Assembly (NCBI GenBank): GCA_964057225.1
Contig: OZ059898.1
Span: forward strand, 12,276,001 to 12,340,000
DNA: 64,000 nucleotides
DNA from: Auanema rhodensis
Taxonomy: Eukaryota > Animalia > Nematoda
Direction: 5' to 3'
Made by a program: the position numbers and the translations under genes. Shown piece by piece: positions 14,585-27,600 of this stretch. Position 1 is the first letter of the stretch. Each line of letters starts with the position of its first letter. The notes beneath the pieces are model-generated. The model was not told where the DNA came from. It was given only the letters and a program-made list of their open reading frames with translations, and did no database searches.

Positions 14585-16648
14585 AGAGAGAGAGCCCATC
14601 AAGGTCTCTGTCTTCTTTTATTTTTTTTTCTTAAGCAGACCAAAACAAAATCTATCATTTCATTGCCATTTCTAAAAGAAAATCTCATATAATTGAAAAA
14701 ATAATTGCAACAAAGACAAATATTCGAATGAAGTTCTAAATTTGGAAGTTTTTAGTCGAAGAGCACAATGGGACTGCAAGCTCAACTAGCCTTCTACTGC
14801 TCTCTGATGATGTCATTTCAGATTTATTATAATTAACTAAATTTTTTTTGTAACGTTTTTTTCAGTAAATAATTTTTTACCTTTTGTTGGGAATTAGTAC
14901 GAGTTGTTTATGGGAAAAAAAACGACAAAATATTACATTTTCTAAGATATTATAGATGAAGACGGTAAAATAAAGTCAAAGTTTTACTTAATTTTCACTC
15001 TTTTACTAGGTTTTACTGACTGAAGTTCGCTGTTGTATTGGGTGAAACTCTACCGATTAAGGAGACGTCATTACGTCATCTTTGAGTCTCACATTCACAC
15101 ATTAAATGAGTTTTTTTTGTGTGATGAAGATAGAGAGAAAAGCCCCTATTTTTAGATTTGACTTCAATTTGAAGAGTCAGGGTAAAAAACGTCATGTCGA
15201 CGATGTTCCTTCAGTAACGGATAAGCTGAAAGTTCACAATGGAAGTTTAATTATTCCTAATAAATAGCTCACAAGCAACTATTGCTGTATGAGCCAGAAG
15301 CTGAAGACAGAGCAACAGAGAAACATCGTTTTTTTCGATTAAAAAAAACGCCAAACAAATGTTGTGAAATGAAGACGACACACATTCAGCTGTATCGTTG
15401 TCGTCCGTCGTCGGCATACATTTCTTCTCAAAAAATTATAACGCAACAGCAGCAGTCGGTTGTTTCACAGAAAAATGTGATCTTGTAATAAAAAGAAAGG
15501 ATAGTTTGTTGAGAATAGACACAGCACAGCAAATTTGTATGAAAAATAATGTTAAAGAGCTGGGGGTGAAGTAAAAAAAACGATTTGTAGGTATCGCATT
15601 CCGTATAGAAAATCAAATTACATGTTCGTTCGAGATGTGAGCAGAATCACACATGATGATTCTAACCTGAGCCGTCTGGTAAAAAAGCTACAAAGATCGA
15701 GTTTTCGTATTACTTATGCAATCTTCCGGTTTTGTTTTACGTAAAAAAAGGAACTTTACGACAGGCGAATGCAATTGCACATTTAAAATTCTTGAAAACT
15801 CGAAAATCTCTATGTAACTCATATGCGATAAAGATAGAGAATTCTCAACGAATACACAGAAGTTAGAAGTAAAAGATGAAATTACAGATTTGAAAAACAT
15901 AAACGTTCACCTGAATACGTTATCGTGATGACATTTTAAAATCTTTGAGTTAAGTGTAGAAAGAAGAAGAAGAGGAGAAATAAAACATTGACAGATAAAA
16001 TAGTAATTTTCTATGTTGAACTTGAAGGAAAAGCCAGAAGAAAAGTAAGGTACATATAATAAAATGAAAGAACTTTAAGATAATCTATCAATGATCTTGA
16101 AAGCAAAGATCATATATAAAATGAATTGTAATAATTAGTTTGTTCATCATGTTCATCATTGAAGATGATGAGATTAGAAAAATGAACCAAAAAGAAAAGA
16201 AGAAGAGCTGAACGAAAAGCAATAGCTCAGATTATCATTTGTTTCTCAATATTATGTATTACATGTCAAAATGTGGATGATCTATTTCAAGGCTTCTCTT
16301 CTTCTTCCTCTTCTTCTTTTTTTCAATTTTTAACTCAGAGATTGTGAGGCTAAATTATTTTCTTCTGCTACCAATTGTTCAAAGATAAGGCCATTTGTTC
16401 TGTTTTTTAAGCTTGAAGGAGCAAAAAAAGGATGTAGATATGGGTGCCAACACATGATTCTTATTCAATCATTCCAACTTTTTCCATAATTTTTTTCAGT
16501 TTTTTGCATCGTCTCTGACAGATACACATATAAAGAAATATATTTGGGATGAATTCGAGCTTCGATTTTGTTTTAAAAATCTGAAACGAAAATAGAAAAT
16601 AATTTGAAGAAGAAGATGAAGTATAACACACCTAGTTCTTTTTCAAAA

Positions 16649-16650
<2 letters not shown>

Positions 16651-16702
<52 letters not shown>
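16651..16702. repeat. (CT)n microsatellite
   Basis: About 26 perfect CT units. Confidence 0.95.
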
Positions 16703-16705
<3 letters not shown>

Positions 16706-17672
16706 GCTCTTTAGCTCTTTCTCTTTAGCTCTCTCTAGCTCTCTGTTTTGCATCTTTCTGATCTTTCTTTTAGATTGTTGTACCAAAAATCATTTTTGTT
16801 TCTTTTCGTATAAACATGTTGTACAACATTTCATTCAAATACAATTCAAATTCAGATATTTGGTGAAGCAATTGTAGGATCCTTGTCAATAATTTTCTTT
16901 TTTTTTTCCAAAAAAATTATTTTGTGGATTTCGGACTAAAAGTCTATGGATGGCCAAACGGAAATCAGTAGCAAGCATCAGTAATTGACCTGACTACCCA
17001 ATATGGAAAAACAATTATTTGATGGCCATCATGTGTTTATAGGAAGGACATTTTGTCTACATTATTCCTACACATTTTGGATTTCTTACTTGCTTCTTCT
17101 CTATCTATCTCTACCCTCTTCCTCTCTCTCTTTCTCTGTTTTTCTCTCTTAATGTTTCTCTGTATTTAGGTTTCTTTATCTTTTCTCTTTCGCTCTTCAC
17201 CTCTTCTATCTCTTGATCATAGCACATTACCTTATATCTTAATTGCTTCTTCCTACAATGAGTTGTACTGCTCATGTCTCTCTCTCTGTCTCTTTCTTTC
17301 TCTCTCTCTCTTTCTCTGTCTTTCTCTCTATGTATTAAAAGATATAAACGAGATATGTCAGTAAAATGAAAAAAAAACTGATTAAAAGAGCAAATCACTA
17401 GACTTCAATATATGGAGAACAGAAAAACAGAATTTTCGAATATATATACATATGTATATACTCAGTCACATTTGGCTTCACGAAATTTTTTTCGGATGAC
17501 TCGGTAGTTGTGTGGTGTGTCTGGAGGGGCCAAGTAAAAAATAGCTAGAAAGAGGAAAACATGCTAAGATGATTATCAATTCTGAAACTATTTGAAGGAT
17601 GACAGAGAAAAGGAAAAGAGAGCAAAGAGAAAGAAAAAGAGAAAGAATAAAAGAAAATTAAGAGAGAGAGAC

Positions 17673-17721
<49 letters not shown>

Positions 17722-20700
17722 TAAGAGAGAGGTAAGAGAGAGGTACGAGAACAAAGTGAAACGTATGGAAATTGAAGAATAAATTGTTTCTTCAAACCAG
17801 GAAGAGATGTTTCAGAACATCACCTCTAGCGTAGTCATAGCATTTAATGAAGTAAAATATTCCAATTTTTTCAGAAGAAGCATGTTTGCTCATTTAGTTT
17901 GAGATTAATGATTGCCCAAGGGTTCATTCAAGGTATATAGAGAATAGATGAAAGATCTCTGTATTATATTCTGATCTCATCCTCTGAACAAACTTTCTAA
18001 AGCATTTCCATCTCATTTGTGATCACAATCATATACAGATTGTGTAAGCTTAGCAGGAACAATTTTAAGATAGCAGAAGAAAAAGAAAAAGAATGAATAA
18101 ATAGCCTGAGGGCACAAACATCCATCAATTTCAAAATGGAACGGGTAAATGAGTAAAAGATGGAAAGTAAGAAGACGACCCAATAAGGAGAGAACAGATG
18201 AGAAACCACGTTGATTTCATAAATTAGGTCCACATAAAAGAGTAAAAGGATCAGTTAATTCCCAGTTCGAAGGGCAGTGAGGGATAAGGGCCGTAGCTTG
18301 ATCCGACGAGCACATGTAAGTTCGACTCCAAAGTTCTTAAACTTCTACTCTTTCGGAAATTTCAAGTTATTCACTATGGCTCTTTCATGACAATGAATTC
18401 TCCGATCAACATTCAATTAAAAAATTCGGAATTATTCCTTAATCTGTATAGCTTTAGTAATATTTCTGAGAAAGAAAAGCAGAATAATGACAAATGAATA
18501 CAAGAGAATGCGGAATGCTCTTCAAATTAGAAGAAATTAACGTAATTATAAAAGAAAAATTTCGTAAAATCCGCACAAATTTGAGAAAACTTTTAGAAAT
18601 ATTAAATCTGAACACCTTGTCTTCATAAAATACACGAAAGTTTAAACTAGATAAATATAATGAATGCAGACTATAATCGTTGAAAACAAATCTTCAAACC
18701 AAAATTTATGAGAAATAAGAGAATTAATTGAAGTTATAGCTCACAACTCATACCACCACTCCAATAAGAACACACATGATTAGAAAACAGAAATGACTAA
18801 GTAGAAGATGAAGAAAACGAAAAAGAAGACAAAATCTAAATTTCCAGCTTAGTTCATAATCCTGAAGTTTGTCAACCTTATTGTCATCACTGATGTAGGC
18901 TGTAAGATAAAAAGCGTTTTGCTTCAAACATTGTATTAAGAAAATCATGTCTATCAACTATATACATACATATATGTCAAAAAGAAAAATAGAAATAAGA
19001 AAGAAGATAAATTACTTCTTCAACTTCTTTAAAAACTTATTATTATTTTTTATTTTTTTTGATTTCATTTTTATTTTAAAAGATAAATAACGGTCTTAAC
19101 ACACAACTGCTAGCAATAGCTTGGAAGTTTGTTTGGTAGTTGGAAGAAAAGAAACTTTGGCAGACAAAACTATAACATAGTTCTTAGATAATAGATTAGA
19201 AATGATTGAAAAGAAATAAAAAATAATAAAGGAGAATGCAAAGACAAGTCCATGTCAATGTGTGATTTCTATTGAAATGAGTGTTGACAATTGAAATTCA
19301 ATGATATTTCATATATTTTCTTTTCTTCTTCTTCTTTTTTTAAAGAAAAGAACCTTATAAAATAATTTTTGAAGCGGAAAAGATAATGACTTAACAACTT
19401 TGTCTTCATCTTCTTCATCTTCTTCATCTTCTTGTCGTTGTTTCGTGTTTGGATTAGATAATGCTTATGCGACAACTCACTAACTATCCTTCTTTCAGCT
19501 TTAAGGATTCTCATCAACGAAATATTCCACATAAATATATAATTAAGGTATTGGAGAAATAAAAAGAATAAAGATAATTAAGTTGCAAACAAAATTTTTT
19601 GCAAGTTTTGAAGAATTATTTAAAAGATATACATATATGGATATATCACTCACTCACTTACTTACTCACACACTCACCAGTTATTATGCAATTTGATAAT
19701 TCATTAATTCTCATAACTATATATGATTTACTATGAATATAGAATATTTTAAAATTTTATTATAAAGAATAAATGAAATGAATATATGAAAATATCAGTT
19801 TTTCTACTAAATCATAGCGAAACATGAGGAAAGTTGAACATTTTGAACAAAAAAAAAATGAAAATGAATCAGATGAATGATGTAGCATTAGATATGCAGA
19901 GAGATATTACGTAATTTGTAGCTCATACAATCATTCTTTTGTGTGCTTCAAATCTCAAAATAGCTTAATTGCATATGTAGTATTGGAAATAACTTATTAC
20001 ATCTAATTAGCGTTTTCAATTAATGATATTTCAATTGTTCTGAAATTTTGTTTTCTTCTACCTAAACTCATTTTCCAAAAAAAAAAAATTTGAAAAGCTA
20101 ACTGCAGTCGTTTTTCATTTTTGAAATGTGTTAATTGATTGAAAAAGAGATAGTATTGTAATACTATACATATAACATTACTATATACTTATGTATATAC
20201 ATAAATTATTTATTTAGAAAAACTTCTAAGTGAGATTGGAAAACGCAGGAACCGAAGGGTATTGATGTGGATGATATGATGGAAGAAAAACGTTGGGTGG
20301 TAGTTGTCGTGGTTGTGATGTTGGTAGTATTCTGAATAGAACGATAAGCACTGCCCTCCGTAGAAAGAGTAGTAGAGATAAACTATTTAATTTTCAAAAA
20401 TATGCATTTTTGGTCGTGAATTCAGTGCAAATTTATTGTTATTTTAATTTGGAAATGAAATATTTCAGATTAGAAATTTCATGATTTCTTGCAAAAAAAA
20501 GTATTTTTAACCCGACGATGTCGTGTTACAGGCTGTAAAATGTTCTAGCATAGTTAAATGATGAAAATAATCTTTAATATGTATAACATGGATCTATAAA
20601 CTAATGTGTATTTGGTAATTTAGAATGTGATATTCATGGTAACTATGATGGTGGCGTGGTTGGAGTTTCAGTGTCAGTGCATCAAGCTCGTCCGTCTCAT

Positions 20701-21591
20701 CCTCGTTATCCTTCTCATCATCTGTTTCATGTCAACATGATGACAGGTGGAAGCAGATACGAAGTAGCATATGCAAAAATGTCCTCTGAAAGTTCAAGAA
20801 TCGTCAACTTACTATTGTTGTTTCATGAAATTTTCGGAGAAATATACTACCGTCCAAATAAAAAAAAATGGGTTGGATCTCGGCTTTTAAAAAATTTAAT
20901 GATGTACTTTCTTGCAATAAAATTAATGGAGGAAAATATATTTATAAAGACGATTAAAGCCCAAATATCTTATTTCTCTTATTCTTTCTTTAAGTGTTAG
21001 ACAAGGAACAAGACCTCACTCAAACTAATTCAAATGATTAATCAGGCTAGTTAGTTAGATGTGTATAAAAATGTTAATAAAAAGATTTTGTACAAACTCA
21101 TAATAAAGCTTATCGTAATAGAGTTACTTCCGTAATTTCTCTCTCTCTCTCTCTGCTTTCTCTCTTTCTCCTTTTCTCTATCAATCCCTCTTTCACTTAA
21201 GAGCTTATATAATCTCTCTTTTTCAATCCCTACTTCCCTCTCTAACTTTAACTTTGTTTTGTATGAGAGATTTGGTTCATCTTTCCTTGTTTAGTAGAAT
21301 CAATCATGTTATTTCTATTGAACAATCTTCTTTTCTAAGTATCAATATCATTACTTTAAATCATTTTTTTTTATTTACCTTTTTAATAATAAATTGTATC
21401 ATTATAAACATTTGAATTGTGATAAATTTAAGAAAAAAAATCTCCCACGTTCTATGTCTTTCATCTTTATTCAGAGATATGTTTCATTCAAATATATAAC
21501 ACATAGATTCATCGTTTAAAATTTCACATTGAGATTGATATAAATTTGAATAAAGAAAAAGAGGGAAAAGGAGAGAAAAGAATAAAGAGAG

Positions 21592-21594
<3 letters not shown>

Positions 21595-21674
<80 letters not shown>
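21595..21674. repeat. (GA)n microsatellite
   Basis: About 40 perfect GA units. Confidence 0.95.
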
Positions 21675-21679
<5 letters not shown>

Positions 21680-24600
21680 AAAGATAGGCAATGAGGGAGA
21701 TGTAAAGGGCAAATAGTATTAGAATTTAATTTAATTTCAATCAAAACATAAGAAATTGAAAGAAAACATAAAAGAAATATCATTATACTAATATAATAAA
21801 AATATTTATTCTATTTTACTTTTAAATATTTAAATTTCAAGTTGTTAGTTCCTTGATACAATAGGACAATATCATCATTGGCTAACAGTCGATTGCTTTG
21901 GCTTCAACGATTCAGCCATACGCAGACATTCAAGCTTACAGTCATCTTTGCAAAAGCAAGCTCTTACCTACCTTCAAAGATTATTCGTCACTTACAAACT
22001 TTGAAGTTTCTTCATATCTCACATACTTTCTCCCATAACCTTATAAGATTTTGTCTCATTTTCGCATAACCTTCTAAATTTTCTCTCATAACCTCTGAAA
22101 CAATTTCTTTCTCTCTCATATTTCTCTCTTATATATGTCTGGATTTTTTTTGTTTTTTCTCTAATGAAATGATTATTATTCGTATAAACATACTACGTGG
22201 TGAATTTTTTTTTATTTTCTTTCTCTCCCTCTCTCTTTACATCAAGAAATGAAACAAAATATTTTATATACAACATATCATTAACTCTTTATAGAATATA
22301 AAAGAATATTCTCTTTATATACTATTTTTCATTCTTTGAGATATCTATTAGAAAGGTCTAATGAACTACCAAGATGTAACTGACGGAAAAGCATCACGTT
22401 ATGCATGGATGACATACTGCGATATTCTTTTTTATTCAACAAAAAAAGAAAAAAGAAAATGAAAGATGATGAATACAAAAAGAAAAACTACTATATGTGA
22501 CCTTTTTTCGGTCTATTTATATTTCCTTGCACTATAAATCAGTCAAATTCTTATTTTGTTCGCTCACTGTTTCTCTCTTTCTCTCTCTCTCTCTCTTGTC
22601 ACATCCCAGAAGCAGTATCATCTACTCATCTTTCTTCAACATATGGTATTTGGTTTACAAAGAATATAAGTGACGTGAAATACGTGAAAATATTTTTTCA
22701 TTTCTTCTTTAACACATACAATGATCGGCTGCATTAAACTGCATTCACCTCATCTGAACTCTTCTCAACTTTGAATTTCATGTTCCACCCTCTCATATAT
22801 TCATTATGTTAATTTTTCTAAGAATAAAACAAGTTCAATTCATTCTAAGACACTTTTTTCTTCTCGATTTCTTCATTTTCTATTAATATCTTCATGTTTT
22901 GGAAGTATTTTCCTTCTGAATTCATCGTAACTATGTTTCCCGTATTGTATGACGCTTCATTAGCCTGTTTAACACTCAAGATGAGCATCAAGCCTCATTT
23001 TAACAGGAATTTCCTTTATTAGATCATTTTCGTAATGATGTATTGTGGCGAACTAATAACATTCCAAATCATGATATGATTTTTCATGTCTTACTTCCAG
23101 AATATTTCTGATTTCTTTCAGATTTACCTATTCTCACATACTCTTCAGTCAGCATCATTGAAATGTTTTCTCTATAATATCTTCTTCCTTTTTCCCCCTT
23201 CTTTTTGTCGATGTCATCATCTATTTCATCTTATTCATCCACCAATGCTTCAAAAATCAAATAACATCATTCTGAATACCCATAAGCTTACACAATATTT
23301 TTCATTCTCACCAACCAATTTTACTATATTCTTGATACCCCATCGCTTCCTTACTATCCATTAATTTACTAATTACTTTGAGATTTTTTACATTTTATTA
23401 TTAAAGTATCGTACATCTAATATATATGTATATTGAAAATGATAAAAAGTATATTTTAATAGTAACTATACTCTATTATACTTCTGGATAGTGCTGATAG
23501 CACAATTAGTTCAATTCTTCTCTCTTCTCCCCTCCCCCCTCCCCCATCTTTCCCACCTCATTCTATAGTTCTCCATGTGTTGTTTCAATCAAAGTAATTT
23601 ATTTCCTTCACACTATCTTCTTTTTCTTTTCTTTTTTATTTTTTCCCTTTACGTCTACTTAACTCAAGCATTAATTACTTCAAAAGATTCCTTAAATTTT
23701 CTCTAAGCTTGCTTGATTTCAATCTAAATAGTTTGATTTCAGCATTAACATTGAGCACAAAAAAAAATTGTTTATGTCTACATGTAATTCACGTAATTAT
23801 TGTTCAAATTATCTTTTAATTGTTTTTTATGTCTTCTTAAAATTCTCATAAATGTATGATGCTGATCACTGAGATGATTTGTTAAAAATAAAAATTCGTT
23901 ATAATAGTTAATTTTGATGTTTCATCTTACAAATCAATTTAAATTTGTTATTTTTTTTTTATTTTTATTATAATAGTAAAGATATATATGTATAATTGAT
24001 AATAATCATAATACGCTTCTATCATCTCAGAATATTGTCTCCCCCCCCCTCGTACCACTTCAACCCTCTCTATATCATTTCCTCTCATTCATATGTATCT
24101 AACCTCCACCACCTCCTCCTCCTACTCCCAATCCCTTATACATGTATACAGTTACTCTTTCAATTTGAAGACTTTCTATGTTTCACTACATTCTAAAATA
24201 ACTTTCTGAATTAATCTACTAAATCTCTTTTTTATTATTTTTCTCTCTTTTTATTTCCCGAAAATATAAAAATATATACGTAAAAAAAACTTCCACTCCT
24301 TTCTTCCAATGAATACTCTCTTTTTTCCTTTTTTTTCTTCCTAGGAAAGATCAAAAATTTATTAGTAATTTTTATAGAAATATTCAAACCTGGATGTTTT
24401 TTTGCTAGAAGAAAACAAAAAAAAAGAAGGCAGAAGATATATTTATATATTTACGTAGAGAGAGTGAGAGAGAGAGAAAAAGAGAGAGATAGATATATAT
24501 AAAGAGAGAGAGAGAGAGATAGAGAGAGAGAGAGATAGTATAGCCAACACGTAACATATACATATAGATATACAAAATATAATAATATATATGGCTATTG

Positions 24601-27600
24601 GTCGACTTTCCCAAGTTGAAAAAACAAGTGTCTAAAAAAAACCATGAACCCTCAATTACTGAATACTGTCCGTATATATTAGTATTAAGATAGAAAAGAA
24701 AGAGAGAGAGAGAGAGGGTGTATATGTGTATATGTGCGTCTGTTAAGGTATAGGAGGTCTATTTTAACCAATCCACTTGCGAGCTTGAATATGAGAAGCA
24801 TTATTGCATGCAATTTTTTCAACGACATCATCATTTAAGTGTTAAACTGAATTCATATATATATGAAATTAGATATTTTATAATAAAATATTTCAATATA
24901 TCTACATATAATAAAAGTATTTCTAGCTATCTATATATATATATATATATATATCTATGGATGTATGTACGAATTTAAAAATATTAAATGATTTCTGTAT
25001 GAATATCTATTCTTCTTTATTTGTGTATATGATTCAAAGTATATGATCAATGTCTTTCTTCTTCCTTTTCACTCTCTCTCTCTCTATCTCTATATATCTC
25101 TATCGATACTTGTTAGTACTTGATTCAAATTTCGTTTTCATTTGTCAAATATTGCAAATGTTGTATTATTAGTATCTATTATGGGTTTAATTGTTATTCT
25201 ATAATTCACTTGTCCGCGATTTATACTTTCTCAATTTGAAGTAAAAAAAAGAAAATTTACTTTTGCTCAAGCTGTATACAGCACTTGCTCAATGGCACTG
25301 CAGCAGCCTGAAATCGTTGCTAGTGTCCGTCAAACTTCCGTCTACAACTCGGTGCAGGTGTGAATCGTGTTCTATCTCATTTATCTCCTTCAGCTCATTA
25401 TCTTCATTCTCATCTGATTAAAAATTGCTACTAAACTTTTTTTTTATTGGCTAATTAAGTTTGAAGCTTCCGCCTTGATGACATTTCCCAAATGACAAAA
25501 AAAAGTATTTTTAGCCATGGTTAACACCTGGTAACATATTTTCATTTTAATCATTCACACATTTTCTATTTACATGTTATCATTCAAATAAATTACTTCT
25601 ATTCTTGATATCATTGATACATATCGTAAGCCAATATCTTTATAACGCGTATGTAGCTTCATCTCTTCATACTCTGTCCATCCATTTCATATTCATCACC
25701 AACAACACATGTACCTTGACTTATTTGAGCTTTTGCAGTATAATCTAAACATATTCCATTGAAGAGAATACTCTTGCTCTTTCTTTCGTCGCCTCAGGGA
25801 CAACACTGCTTAGATCTTATTCCCGGAAGCAATCTGACACTGAACTATCTGTAATAGAAAAACCAGAAACATCAGCTGTGTTGTATTGCTTTTCAGCACT
25901 TAACCTTCTTCACCTCGTCTTTCTGCCGTTTTCATCATAGTTTGTCACTTTTCTTTCATTGGACAAGTGATTGAATTTCAAAATATAGCTATACTGACCT
26001 CAATAGAGTTCGAAACTTTTTTTCCTGGATTTTTGATGTTTTACCCGTCTTTTAATAAATTTTTAATTTTTCCTGATAACCTGATAGCTTTTCTTCTCCA
26101 AGAATCTTTTAAGAATTCGTTTTCTTAATGCTATTTTTCCTGAATATTTCATGTTTTTTTTCAGAATAAACTCTCTCTATCATTTTCTTTATCTCTCTCT
26201 CTCTCTTTCTTTCTATCTCTTCTCTGTTTCCTTTTTCCTTTCTCTTTCTAAACATCGATCACGACCTTCTTTTCCTGAAAACTATACTGGCTTGTACTAA
26301 AATTCTCTTGTTATTAGTGGAAACTATCTAACTAGTTATAGATCTTCGTTCATTTAAATAAAATTTTATAAGAAATTGAACCTAATAACACCATTTTCTG
26401 ATTTAAATTACTTCGCTCTCCATTCAACATTGTTCTTTGTTTGCACACTTTTTCATTTTATTGCCCATGGCTTCATACATCAAATAATTTTTTCTTTCGG
26501 ATTATTGCTCATGATTAGTTAGTTATTTCTTTTTTATTTTATAAAAGAAAAAAAAATTTTGTAACACAAAGTCTAGTTGATCGAAAAGCTCCTTATAATC
26601 TTGATTTGCCGGATTTTTTTTCCAAATTTTCCAAATTTAACTATGAATATCTCCTATCTCTCTCACGCTACACACCTTTTAACACCTTTGATCTCTGTGT
26701 TATGGTCGAACAACACAAATATTATAACTCATGGTTGTATATTAACTGATGTATCTACACAATATTTGAATATTTCTTAGCAGCTGGTTAGCAAAATATC
26801 TCTAAAAAGCCTTAAATCGCATATTCTTGCAAATCCTTGCGTCCAAGCTGCAATCATCTGCATCGTATGTACTAGCCTTTTCGATAGTTTTCAAACTCTT
26901 TTCAAATGATTTACTTGAAATATCTTAATTTTATTTAAATATTTCATGAAGCATTTGATCTGTCTCGATTTTAACTTCTTAATTTTCAAATAATTCATGT
27001 ATATATTCCAAAACTTACATCATTTTTGCAAAAATTAATTATCTTAGTTATTCATAATTTTTATTTTTGGATTTAACTATCATCATATCAATGGTTAAAT
27101 GACCAAATTAAATGTAAAATACTTCCTTTTCGATATAATTTCATTATTTAAATTTTCATTCAAAACTTCCAGGTGTATGATGTAACTCTAAAATATTTTA
27201 ATCATAATTATATGAACAGAGCAAATTATAGTATCAAAATGATTATACAGATGTATGTTTCACCATCTTTATACTATTATATTTCTTTTTCTTTCTAATT
27301 TTATGACAAATTTATTATATTTACAACAAATAATTAATATTTTCTTTACTTAGCATATATTACATTATACTGCTTACCCATCTTTCTATTTTGCTATATC
27401 ATTTCTTTTTCTCTCTATTTTTAATTTTATAATATTCTTTTCAAAATTTTAATGAACTTTTTCTTCCAATTAGCTCAGTTTAATTTTTAAAATGAGCTCT
27501 CAAAATAGAGTTCTCATCATTTGCAAGCTCAATTATGAATAATATTAATTGCTTATTTCAACTATAACGTCAAGAACGATATTTTATATTTTTTTATAAT

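Noticed and set aside
18288-18330. tRNA/SINE-like GGGCCGTAGCTTG...GTTCGACTCC
   Set aside because: The A- and B-box-like motifs are only ~14 nt apart, with no cloverleaf or acceptor stem.
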